Below are positions 18,749 through 27,207 of a stretch of 64,000 nucleotides of DNA, piece after piece. The notes under the pieces are model-generated. The model made no database searches and was not told the DNA's origin. It saw only the letters and a list, made by a program, of their open reading frames with translations. Origin of the DNA: an uncultured Pseudomonadota bacterium (GTDB lineage: Bacteria; Pseudomonadota; Alphaproteobacteria; RF32; CAG-239); NCBI GenBank assembly GCA_902763535.1, contig CACWSG010000004.1, forward strand, positions 7,568 through 71,567, given 5' to 3'. Every line of letters begins with the position of its first letter. Positions within the stretch are counted from its first letter, which is position 1. Position numbers and translations under genes: made by a program.

Positions 18749-20027
18749 AATACTCTTTGCTTTCAGCTTTTTGTTGCGCGGCGGTAAAAATTTCGTGAAA
18801 CGAAGCACCCGATTTCAGCGCCAATTCTTTAACACTTTCATATTCCGGCTGACAACGGATAATGTCTTTATAGGTGGAAATTTTGACCTTTACCTCGCCA
18901 TTTTGCAATTTTACTTTAACAATTTTACGCTCCATGCAAGAACGATCCACCATATATTTGCGCAAACCGATTGTCGATGTATGGCGAAAGACGGCATCTT
19001 CAACTTTTGCCAAAGCAGCGCCATTGGTAATTGCCCGCAACATATACGCCGGACGGCACTTTTTCATATAACAGGGCTCAAAATGCACATCAAAAGCACC
19101 GGCTGAAAAAATTTGTTCCATTGCAAAACCCAGTTCTTCAGGTGTTGAGTCGTCAATATTGCTTTCTACCACCCACATCTGGTCGTCATCCGAAACATCT
19201 TCAATCAGCATAATGCGCAAAAAATTAGCTTTGCCAAAGTCGCGTTTGCCTAATCCGATGCCTGATTTTAAGATTTTGTATTGTGCCGGCAATCTGTCAT
19301 GCGTTTTTATGGCTGCGGCAATAGCTATGCCGGTAGGGGTAACCATTTCTCCTTTTACGGCACTGGAGCGCAAAACAATACCTTCGGCTTGTGCAATATT
19401 AAACACGGCCGGAACCGGTACGGGAAGCTCACCATGCTGGCACATAATAGTGCCTTCACCCTCGGTCAAACCGCAGACAATGCAATTCTCTATTCTCAAA
19501 TCATCAATCAACACAGCTGCTGAAATAATATCGACTATTGAATCAATTGCGCCGACTTCGTGAAAATGCACTTCTTCTTTTTTCACTCCGTGAGCTTTGG
19601 CTTCGGCAACAGCCACGATGTCAAAAATTTTTTTAGCCAATGTTTTGGCTTTATCGCTCATATCAGCACTGTCAATAATAGCAATAACATCATTCAAGTG
19701 GCGATGCTGATGGTGATGGTGCTCATGTTCATGATGATGTTCATGTTCATGTTCATGTTCATGATCGTGATGATGGTGCTCATGTTCATGATGATGCTCA
19801 TGATAATGTTCTTCATGCGGTGCATCTTCATGATGGTGTACGGCAAAATCAAGTCCGGCAATGCTGTATGAATTTTTATGCTCAATGTGATAATGAAATT
19901 CATCGGAATTAAGACTGCGCAAAGCCTTTTCCATTTTTTCTTTTGCTGCTCCCATATTCAAAAGAGCGGCCACCGTCATATCGCCGGAAATTCCGCTTGC
20001 ACCTTCAATATAGAGATATTTAGTCAT
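18741..20027 (-). CDS. larC: LarC, nickel insertion (NPN cyclometallase), DUF111 family
   Basis: N-terminal GASGISGDM. Very long His/Glu tract (HHHEDAPHEEHYHEHHHEHEHHHHDHEHEHEHEHHHEHEHHHHQHRH). DUF111-type C-terminus. Confidence 0.85.
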   Translation of the reverse strand: MTKYLYIEGASGISGDMTVAALLNMGAAKEKMEKALRSLNSDEFHYHIEHKNSYSIAGLDFAVHHHEDAPHEEHYHEHHHEHEHHHHDHEHEHEHEHHHEHEHHHHQHRHLNDVIAIIDSADMSDKAKTLAKKIFDIVAVAEAKAHGVKKEEVHFHEVGAIDSIVDIISAAVLIDDLRIENCIVCGLTEGEGTIMCQHGELPVPVPAVFNIAQAEGIVLRSSAVKGEMVTPTGIAIAAAIKTHDRLPAQYKILKSGIGLGKRDFGKANFLRIMLIEDVSDDDQMWVVESNIDDSTPEELGFAMEQIFSAGAFDVHFEPCYMKKCRPAYMLRAITNGAALAKVEDAVFRHTSTIGLRKYMVDRSCMERKIVKVKLQNGEVKVKISTYKDIIRCQPEYESVKELALKSGASFHEIFTAAQQKAESKEYYE

Positions 20028-20700
20028 TATTTTTTCCTTTTAATTTGAGAATGCGAAACGCTTGCACCGCAGCCCCAAAACCATTGTCAATATTGACAAC
20101 CGATACCCCCTCAGCACAGGAATTTAACATTGCCAAAAGCGCAGACAGCCCGCCTAAAGAAGCACCATAGCCAACCGAAGTTGGTACGGCAATCACCGGC
20201 GAACTTACCAATCCTGCCACTACCGAGGCAAGCGCACCTTCCATGCCGGCAACCGCAATTATAACATCATTTTGGCGGATATCCTCGATTTTGCTCAACA
20301 AACGGTGCAGTCCGGCTATTCCGACATCATAATGGCGTGATACTTCGCTTCCGAAAAATTCCAAAGTTTTGGCAGCTTCTTCCGCCACCGGCAAATCAGC
20401 CGTTCCTGCACAGCAGACTGCGACTTTGCCGCCGACATTGGGTAAAGGCTCACCTAAAGTTAAAACTTTTGATGTTACATCATATTCAACAGCCAATCCG
20501 TTGGAGACCACAAAGTCAGCCTGTTCTTGGGAGCATCGCGTTCCCAAAACCGCACAATTTTTTTTCTGAAAAGTGCGCAAAATTTCTACTAACTGCTCCT
20601 TAGTTTTGCCGGCACAAAAAATTGTTTCCGGCAATCCGGTGCGCTCTTTTCTACTCAAATCGAGTTTGGCAAAACCTATGTCTGTATATGTATCGGCCAT
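20020..20700 (-). CDS. larB: LarB, NaAD carboxylase/hydrolase (PurE-like)
   Basis: AIR-carboxylase-like core VAVCCAGTADLPVAEEA ... AVAGMEGALASVVAGL ... PVIAVPTSVGYG. Start shares one base with the flavodoxin stop (TAATG). Confidence 0.85.
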   Translation of the reverse strand: MADTYTDIGFAKLDLSRKERTGLPETIFCAGKTKEQLVEILRTFQKKNCAVLGTRCSQEQADFVVSNGLAVEYDVTSKVLTLGEPLPNVGGKVAVCCAGTADLPVAEEAAKTLEFFGSEVSRHYDVGIAGLHRLLSKIEDIRQNDVIIAVAGMEGALASVVAGLVSSPVIAVPTSVGYGASLGGLSALLAMLNSCAEGVSVVNIDNGFGAAVQAFRILKLKGKNND

Positions 20701-21278
20701 TATTTTACATCAAATCCCAAACCTTTAAGCCAATCGGCAATTCCCATTGTGCGGTCGTTATAACCGACCCAAGGTGCATCGCTTACTTTGCAGCCTTTGC
20801 ATTGAGCAGTCAAATCGCTGACTGTATTTTGAACACCGCCGCCACCGTGAGTGATGAACGGAATAACAGTTTTACCGCTCAGGTCATAAGCTTGAAGAAA
20901 ACTGGACAATTGCGGAGTGATAGTGCTCCACCAATTGGGAGTACCGATAAATACTACATCATATTGCGCCAAATTCTCAAGTTTTGTTGTCAAGGCCGGA
21001 CGATAATTGTTGGTAATTTCTTCTTTGGCTTGTTGAACCATTTCATTATAATTTTCCGGATAAGTTCCCTCAGTTTTGATTTCAAACATATCGCCGCCGA
21101 TTTTGTCTTGAATGGCTTGAGCAACTTTTTTGGTATTGCCGCTGTACGAATAATAAACAATTAAGACTTTTCCCTCAGCGGATACTTTCTCGCTCGGGGT
21201 TTTTTGCGCCAAGGCTTTATATGTGCCAAACGATGCTGCCGCCATAATTAAAATTGCAATAATCAAATATTTATACAT
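20700..21278 (-). CDS. Flavodoxin-family protein with N-terminal signal peptide
   Basis: Signal MYKYLIIAILIMAAASFGTYKALA. Flavodoxin motifs VLIVYYSYSGNTKKVA, VFIGTPNWWSTI, PFITHGGGG. Confidence 0.75.
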   Translation of the reverse strand: MYKYLIIAILIMAAASFGTYKALAQKTPSEKVSAEGKVLIVYYSYSGNTKKVAQAIQDKIGGDMFEIKTEGTYPENYNEMVQQAKEEITNNYRPALTTKLENLAQYDVVFIGTPNWWSTITPQLSSFLQAYDLSGKTVIPFITHGGGGVQNTVSDLTAQCKGCKVSDAPWVGYNDRTMGIADWLKGLGFDVK

Positions 21279-21303
21279 ATCAATTCTCCTTAATGTTTAT
21301 CAA

Positions 21304-22542
21304 TTAAGCTTCAAAAACTTTTGCAACCTCTTTCATCCAGTCGCTGATTTTTATGTGTTGCGGACAATGTTTTTCACAAGCATGACAATGCAAGCAAGCT
21401 GATGATTTGGTTGAGTTTTTAATAAGGTTACTATAATAAACTTTTTGCACGGTAAAGGGCTTATCACTGCGTTCTTGTTTTTCGGCATTATAGAGGGCAA
21501 ACATCGCCGGAATATCAATCTTCATCGGGCAATATTCAACACAATAACGGCAAGCCGTACAAGGAATAGCAATTGCCGAATGCAGTTCTTTTACTGCATT
21601 TTCAACCACTTTGTATTCATCGCTGGTCAAAGGCTTAAAGTTTTGCATATAAGAGGTATTGTCCTCCAATTGTTCCATGGTGGTCATGCCGGATAGTACC
21701 ATCATCACTCCATCTAATGAGGCAGCATAACGAATTGCCCAAGAAGCCGGAGACATATCAGGTTCGGCATCCTTAAATACTTTTTCAACTGCCGGAGGAA
21801 CTTGGGCCAATGATCCGCCTTTAACCGGTTCCATGACCACAACCGGCAAATTGTATTTTTGCGCTATTTCATAGCACTTGCGCGATTGAATGGAGGTGTT
21901 GTCCCAATCAATATAGTTGATTTGCAACTGCACAAAATCAAGGTCAGGATTCTCTTTAATAACCTCTTCCAACAATTCAGGTGAATCATGGAATGAAAAT
22001 CCGATATTTTTAATCAAACCTTGCTTTTTCTTTTCTTTAATAAAGTTAAAGCTGTTGTGTTTGCGAATTTTATCAATTGTTCCGGCATTAACATTGTGAA
22101 TCATATAATAGTCAAAATATTTTAAACCGGTCTTTTCCAGTTGTTTATTGAAAACTTCTTCTTGTTCGGCTTCAGATTTTAAGTACCCTGCCGGCAGTTT
22201 GCTGGCTACGGTGAAACTATCGCGCGGGTGGCGTTCTACCACGGATTTACGAATAGCAACTTCACTTTCATAGCCCATATACATCCATGCTGTATCAAAA
22301 TAGGTGAAGCCGCGTTCCATAAATTTATCAACCATCTGATTGAGCAATTCATAATCAATTGAAGTCTGATCATCGGGATTTTTCAATGGTAAACGCATAA
22401 ATCCAAATCCCAATTTGTTCTTTGGATTCACAACAGCTTTTACCTTATCGGATACGGCAATTGTTTCACCGAATGTTAATTTGGGCAAAGCAGCACAGGC
22501 AAAAAAGGCTAAAGTACTCATTAAAAACTCGCGACGATTCAT
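21304..22542 (-). CDS. Aldo/keto reductase with C-terminal 2x[4Fe-4S] ferredoxin domain and twin-arginine signal
   Basis: MNRREFLMSTLAFFACAALP matches RRxFL plus an h-region. AKR TIM-barrel motifs (FDTAWMY, GFSFHD). CTACRYCVEYCP and CLHCHACEKHCP. Confidence 0.8.
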   Translation of the reverse strand: MNRREFLMSTLAFFACAALPKLTFGETIAVSDKVKAVVNPKNKLGFGFMRLPLKNPDDQTSIDYELLNQMVDKFMERGFTYFDTAWMYMGYESEVAIRKSVVERHPRDSFTVASKLPAGYLKSEAEQEEVFNKQLEKTGLKYFDYYMIHNVNAGTIDKIRKHNSFNFIKEKKKQGLIKNIGFSFHDSPELLEEVIKENPDLDFVQLQINYIDWDNTSIQSRKCYEIAQKYNLPVVVMEPVKGGSLAQVPPAVEKVFKDAEPDMSPASWAIRYAASLDGVMMVLSGMTTMEQLEDNTSYMQNFKPLTSDEYKVVENAVKELHSAIAIPCTACRYCVEYCPMKIDIPAMFALYNAEKQERSDKPFTVQKVYYSNLIKNSTKSSACLHCHACEKHCPQHIKISDWMKEVAKVFEA

Positions 22543-22577
22543 TTTATCATATCTCCTTATAATTATAAAAACGACTG

Positions 22578-22608
22578 ATTGTAAAATTTAGAGCTTACTC
22601 TAAGTCAA
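22578..22608 (-). promoter_or_regulatory. MerR-type promoter/operator, site A (upstream of the AKR-lar operon)
   Basis: Minus strand: TTGACT-TAGAGTAAGCTCTAAATTT-TACAAT. The spacer is 19 nt and the dyad is TTAGAGT-AA-GCTCTAA (one arm mismatch). The -35 overlaps the tatC stop codon. Confidence 0.6.
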
Positions 22609-23321
22609 GATTTTTTTTGTTGTTTTTTTAATTTTCCAAAATACAGTCCTAATTCAAATAGAGCATAAGTCGGTAAAGTTAACATCAGTTGACTCACAAC
22701 ATCCGGAGGTGTCAAAACTCCCGCCAAAATCAGAATGCCCACAAAAACATAAGTTCTTTTGTTTTTAATCGCTTCATAAGCGACAATATCATTGGTAATC
22801 AGCGCATAGGTTATCAGCGGAAATTGAAAACATATCCCGAAAATCAGTGCCAGCCACAAAGCCAAACTTATCACATTCGATATTCCAAACACTGCCGTTA
22901 TATTGTCGGTAGCAAAACTAAGTCCGAATTTTATAATCATCGGCAAAATAAAAAACAGACAAAACATCACCCCGATTATAAACAATGTGCTGGAAATTAA
23001 AACAATTGACCGAATAAACCGACGCTCATTATCATATAATGCCGGCAAAACAAAATTCCAAATTTGTTTTGCAATATAAGGAAAGCAAACCAATATATCC
23101 AGCACTAAAGCTGTTTTAATTTGCAAAATAAAAACTTCCATCGGTGAAAAATAGTTCAGGCTGACACTTTGTCCGTCAATCATAACCTTAATCAGCCAAT
23201 TAATTACCTGTGGCGCAACAAAAAACAACGGCACAATGCCGATGGCCAAAGAAAGCAAACACTTTATCAGTGTTGAGCGCAATGCCTCCAAATGTGCTAT
23301 AAGACTTTTGTCTTCATCCAT
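22605..23321 (-). CDS. tatC: Twin-arginine translocase subunit TatC
   Basis: 238 aa, 6 TM, N-terminus LIAHLEALRSTLIK typical of TatC. Directly abuts the tatA stop. Confidence 0.85.
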   Translation of the reverse strand: MDEDKSLIAHLEALRSTLIKCLLSLAIGIVPLFFVAPQVINWLIKVMIDGQSVSLNYFSPMEVFILQIKTALVLDILVCFPYIAKQIWNFVLPALYDNERRFIRSIVLISSTLFIIGVMFCLFFILPMIIKFGLSFATDNITAVFGISNVISLALWLALIFGICFQFPLITYALITNDIVAYEAIKNKRTYVFVGILILAGVLTPPDVVSQLMLTLPTYALFELGLYFGKLKKQQKKS

Positions 23322-23528
23322 TTATTTTGACTTTTTTTCTTCTTCGTTTGCTGCTTCCTCAACGCTTTCTTTCAGCTCATTAACTTCGTTTTCAATAGCT
23401 GTCTTGGCTTTTTTGTATTCTGCTTGGGCTTTACCCAAAGCGCGGGCTAATTCAGGAATTTTCTTACCGCCGAACAGTACCAAGACTACGACTAAAATAA
23501 GAGCTATTTCGGTAACACCTAATGACAT
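23322..23528 (-). CDS. tatA: Twin-arginine translocase subunit TatA/E
   Basis: 68 aa. TM plus hinge [16 protein letters not shown], acidic C-terminal tail. Confidence 0.8.
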   Translation of the reverse strand: MSLGVTEIALILVVVLVLFGGKKIPELARALGKAQAEYKKAKTAIENEVNELKESVEEAANEEEKKSK

Positions 23529-23540
23529 ATTTAATCTCCT

Positions 23541-24839
23541 TTACAAATTTCGATGTTGTTCCACCGGATAGATTGTGATGGCTTCAACCGGACAAGCACT
23601 GTGGCAAGCACCGCAACCGATACATTCTGAAGCATCAATAATCGGTTTTTCGCCTTCCTGTTTGGCTATAATACCTTTGGGACAAGTATGAACACACAAA
23701 CCGCATTCAATGCATTTTTCTTCATCAATCACAGCCATCGCGATTTGGGTATTCTGCTTTTGTTTCAGGCTTATATGCTCAATTGCACCGGAAGGACAAA
23801 CTCTTGCACATTTATTGCAATCATATTTACAGAAATTTTTGCCATAGTCAAGATGAACGACCGGATATTCGTTGTTGGCTTTTTTGATGATTTTCATCGG
23901 ACAGTTGTTTACGCACAAATTACAGTTTAAGCAGCGATTGGCAAAATCATGATAATTTTTGGCTCCGGCCGGAACAATGACTCTTTTAACTTTTTTCGCT
24001 ATATCCTGACTTATTTTAAGACCGGATTTATAAGCTCCTGCCAATGCTCCCAGAACCACAGCGCCAATTAACAGTTTTCGCCGCGTCGGGCTGAAATCCG
24101 GTTGGGGTTTGGGAGCGGCTTTTTGTCTGATAATATGACCTTTAGGGCAGGGAGCCAAGCAACGCAGACATTTCACACAGGTCTCATTATTGATGACTTG
24201 ATTTTGATAATCTATGCTGTTTGAAGGACATCCTCTTGCACACATTCCGCATTTGACGCAACCGGATTCGGCAAATTTTATTTTAAATAACGCAAAACGC
24301 GACAAAAAGCCTAAGATTGCGCCCACCGGACAGATGTTGGTGCAGAAAAAGCGCTTTTTTATAAATGTCAAAATTGCCAATAAAACAAAAAATGTTATCC
24401 CGTAAACCGCAAGAGAAGACAAATTGCCGCTGACGGAATAGGGATCAATATAGCGTATTATTACCGCACTTCCGCCCATCAACAAACCAAACGCAATTAC
24501 CGCAATCAGGTAATGAATAGCATAATGCTTCTGGTAAAAGTTACCTCTTTTCTTTTTCATGCGATGAAAAATCGGTTTATACAACCATAACAACAATTCC
24601 TGTAACAAACCTAAAGGACACAAGGTTGAACAATAAATTCGCCCGAATAATAATGTGATTAGTATTAAAAAAGTCAGTAATACCAAGGCGGTTATTGAGG
24701 GATATATAATGACTCTTTGCACAAGCGGGGCAACTTGCAAATCAAAAAAGGAAATCGGGTAGAAATACCCCAAAAATCCCAACAACATAAAAACACCAAA
24801 ACATATCGCAACTATTCTGCGCAGATAAAAATAAAGCAT
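23541..24839 (-). CDS. Membrane-bound polyferredoxin (NapH/MauN-like, multiple 4Fe-4S motifs)
   Basis: N-terminal TMs with GRIYCSTLCPLG. At least four CxxCxxCxxxCP motifs (CVKCGMCARGCP, CLNCNLCVNNCP, CIECGLCVHTCP, CIGCGACHSACP). Confidence 0.7.
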   Translation of the reverse strand: MLYFYLRRIVAICFGVFMLLGFLGYFYPISFFDLQVAPLVQRVIIYPSITALVLLTFLILITLLFGRIYCSTLCPLGLLQELLLWLYKPIFHRMKKKRGNFYQKHYAIHYLIAVIAFGLLMGGSAVIIRYIDPYSVSGNLSSLAVYGITFFVLLAILTFIKKRFFCTNICPVGAILGFLSRFALFKIKFAESGCVKCGMCARGCPSNSIDYQNQVINNETCVKCLRCLAPCPKGHIIRQKAAPKPQPDFSPTRRKLLIGAVVLGALAGAYKSGLKISQDIAKKVKRVIVPAGAKNYHDFANRCLNCNLCVNNCPMKIIKKANNEYPVVHLDYGKNFCKYDCNKCARVCPSGAIEHISLKQKQNTQIAMAVIDEEKCIECGLCVHTCPKGIIAKQEGEKPIIDASECIGCGACHSACPVEAITIYPVEQHRNL

Positions 24840-24869
24840 ACAACACTCCTTTATTGTGAAATATTCACA

Positions 24870-24900
24870 ACTATAAATTTTAGAGTTTACTCTAAGTCAA
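24870..24900 (-). promoter_or_regulatory. MerR-type promoter/operator, site B (upstream of polyferredoxin-tatA-tatC)
   Basis: Minus strand: TTGACT-TAGAGTAAACTCTAAAATT-TATAGT. 19-nt spacer, perfect dyad TTAGAGT-AA-ACTCTAA. Confidence 0.6.
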
Positions 24901-24901
24901 G

Positions 24902-25807
24902 TTATTTTTTGTTAATGGGAAATACTTGCACGGAAGCATTCGCACCTTTAGCCTGAGTACCGGAATTTACAGAACTGCTGATTCCTGCCGCAGCACTTGC
25001 CGAAGATTTGGCGGCATTTTTAGGTGCTTGCAAAGCCGGAGCTAACGGATAAGCATTTTTCGCCAAGCGCAAAATCATATAGCCGTTGCCTCCGCCATAA
25101 GCCGGTCCGGAAATACCGATTGAATAATATCCACCGATATAACCATAATCCAAATCTATGTAATCGACCACAAAAACAGTCTTTACGCTGGATGAACCGA
25201 TTGTTGTCATGTTGCAGGTATATTGACTATCTTCCAATAAAATGTGATCAATATCACGGATAAATAAAATAGATTGGGACGGAGTGCACGAGGCAACCTG
25301 ACCGCCATAAGTCAAGTTGTAATTTAGAATTAATTTCATGCTGTCATTTTTCTTGCCCAATATAACATCAGTAATTTTTACGCTGTCGATATAAGCATAA
25401 GTGGGCACAATACCAACCTTAACAGGTAAAGCGATATAATTTTCCAAGCAAGTATGGGCGGTGTCGCTGGCTTTACAAATAAGGGCGGTGGAATAATTGT
25501 TGTTATCTAATAACTGCAATAAAGAATTATGAATGTATTCTTTGGTCATTGACAGCTTAGCCGGAGCACATTGTTGCGAACGACATACAACAACCGGAGC
25601 ACGACCGGGAACTGAGGGCTGAAAATCAGTATTGGCTTCCGGATTATCAGAACAATCTTCACAAACTTTCTCAACAAACCTGTTTGAATCATCAATAAGA
25701 TCGCCAGATAAAATCTGTTTAGGTGTATGCGTGCGCAAATAATTACACCCAACCAATGTCTGAGATACAGCCAAAACCATCGCAATAAAAAATGTTTTTC
25801 GTAACAT
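24902..25807 (-). CDS. Hypothetical lipoprotein
   Basis: Likely start MLRKTFFIAMVLAVSQTLVGC (lipobox). Ala/Ser-rich low-complexity tail. No recognised domain. Confidence 0.5.
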   Translation of the reverse strand: MLRKTFFIAMVLAVSQTLVGCNYLRTHTPKQILSGDLIDDSNRFVEKVCEDCSDNPEANTDFQPSVPGRAPVVVCRSQQCAPAKLSMTKEYIHNSLLQLLDNNNYSTALICKASDTAHTCLENYIALPVKVGIVPTYAYIDSVKITDVILGKKNDSMKLILNYNLTYGGQVASCTPSQSILFIRDIDHILLEDSQYTCNMTTIGSSSVKTVFVVDYIDLDYGYIGGYYSIGISGPAYGGGNGYMILRLAKNAYPLAPALQAPKNAAKSSASAAAGISSSVNSGTQAKGANASVQVFPINKK

Positions 25808-25965
25808 ATCGCACCAAGCCCGATTCATCCAAAATATATTCTATAATATGCATGCTTCATATAAATACAAAGTTTTTTTTTAGGTTATTCTATGAATTTT
25901 TATTTTTTTGCTTGATAATTTTTTTTAATCGGAGCAAATTACTGAGCAAACAGCAGGTAAATGAA

Positions 25966-26457
25966 ATGAAAAAGATTTTGCTTTTTATTGTGTTTGCAAC
26001 ATTGGTTGCATTTTCTGTCTCGGGCAAATATACTGATTATCGGGTTGTCGATGGAGATAGTTTGGAATCCGGTGAAGAAAGAATTCGGCTGCAAGGAATT
26101 GATGCACCGGAGTATTTACAGTATTGTTTTGATAAAAATGGCGACAAATATCATTGCGGTGCCAAGTCAAGTGAGTATTTGCAATCTTTGGTGAACGGTG
26201 AAATAAAATGCAATCACCAAAGCAAAGATCGTTATGGCCGTTATTTGAGTGAGTGTTTCAACTCAGGCGGGATTAATATCAATCGCCAGATGGTAATATC
26301 GGGTTGGGCAGTTGCCTATGGTGATGAATATACCGAAGAAGAAAAAATTGCTAAAAAGTCTAAAATAGGCGTTTGGCAGGGCAAGTTTATGCGGCCGGAA
26401 TTGTTTCGTGCGCTTAATCGCTCCAAAGATAAACGCAATAAAAATGAAAAAAGATAG
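25966..26457 (+). CDS. Secreted thermonuclease (staphylococcal nuclease-like)
   Basis: Start MKKILLFIVFATLVAFSVSG at 25966. SNase motifs VVDGDS, IRLQGIDAPE, DRYGRYL, GWAVAY. Confidence 0.75.
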   Translation: MKKILLFIVFATLVAFSVSGKYTDYRVVDGDSLESGEERIRLQGIDAPEYLQYCFDKNGDKYHCGAKSSEYLQSLVNGEIKCNHQSKDRYGRYLSECFNSGGININRQMVISGWAVAYGDEYTEEEKIAKKSKIGVWQGKFMRPELFRALNRSKDKRNKNEKR

Positions 26458-26466
26458 AGATTCTTG

Positions 26467-26494
26467 TTGACACCGCCGAAAAGTTATGTATATT
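26467..26494 (+). promoter_or_regulatory. Sigma-70-like promoter for rplU-rpmA
   Basis: TTGACA-N16-TATATT about 30 nt upstream of the rplU ATG. Confidence 0.45.
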
Positions 26495-26523
26495 GCAAAG
26501 CAACATTTTATTTTATATAAAGG

Positions 26524-26835
26524 GTGAAAAATATGTATGCAGTAATTAAAACCGGCGGAAAACAGTACCGCGTTGCTTCTGGCGATGTACTGAAGATCGA
26601 AAAAATCGCTGGAGAAGAAGGAAAAGAAGTCGTTTTTAACGAAGTTTTGGCTATGGGCGATGTAATTGGCAATCCTTTGGTTGCTAATGCATGCGTTAAG
26701 GCTTTGGTATTGAAACAAGCTAAAGATAAAAAGGTTGTTGTTTTCAAGAAAAAGAGAAGACAAAACTATCGTCGTAAAAACGGTCACAGACAAAACATTA
26801 CATTGGTAAAAATTACCGATGTATGTGGTAAGTAA
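26524..26835 (+). CDS. rplU: 50S ribosomal protein L21
   Basis: MYAVIKTGGKQYRV.. is the canonical L21 N-terminus. Confidence 0.95.
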   Translation: MKNMYAVIKTGGKQYRVASGDVLKIEKIAGEEGKEVVFNEVLAMGDVIGNPLVANACVKALVLKQAKDKKVVVFKKKRRQNYRRKNGHRQNITLVKITDVCGK

Positions 26836-26847
26836 AGGAGATAAACA

Positions 26848-27102
26848 ATGGCACATAAGAAATCAGGCGGTAGCTCGAATAACGGACGCGATTCTATCGG
26901 ACGCCGTTTAGGTCTGAAAAAATCTGGTGGTCAGACTGTTATTCCCGGAAACATCATTGTTCGTCAACGCGGAACACAGTATCATCCCGGTGCCAATGTG
27001 GGCATGGGTAAAGATCACACAATCTTTGCTATTGCTGAAGGCAAAGTTGCTTTCACTAAGAAAGCTGGCAATAAGACCTTTGTTTCAGTTGTAACCGAAT
27101 AG
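26848..27102 (+). CDS. rpmA: 50S ribosomal protein L27
   Basis: [26 protein letters not shown] is canonical L27. Confidence 0.95.
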   Translation: MAHKKSGGSSNNGRDSIGRRLGLKKSGGQTVIPGNIIVRQRGTQYHPGANVGMGKDHTIFAIAEGKVAFTKKAGNKTFVSVVTE

Positions 27103-27139
27103 TTTTATCGCGAAAAGTTGCAATAAATCAAGGTAACAT

Positions 27140-27178
27140 AAAGGGGATGTGCTTTTTGTAGGCGTCCCCTTTGTTTTT
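27140..27178 (+). terminator. Intrinsic terminator after rpmA
   Basis: Stem aaagggga/tccccttt followed by gttttt. Confidence 0.55.
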
Positions 27179-27207
27179 CCTAAATATCAAGAGGGTTATA
27201 TCTCAAG

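Noticed and set aside
19560-19903. ORFs 19560-19871 (+) and 19694-19903 (-) rich in M/F/I/N
   Set aside because: These are artefacts of the repetitive His-codon tract of larC read in other frames.
26263-26856. 197-aa ORF antisense to the nuclease 3' end, rplU promoter and rplU
   Set aside because: It overlaps a canonical L21 gene on the opposite strand. The sequence is low complexity and hydrophobic, with no RBS.
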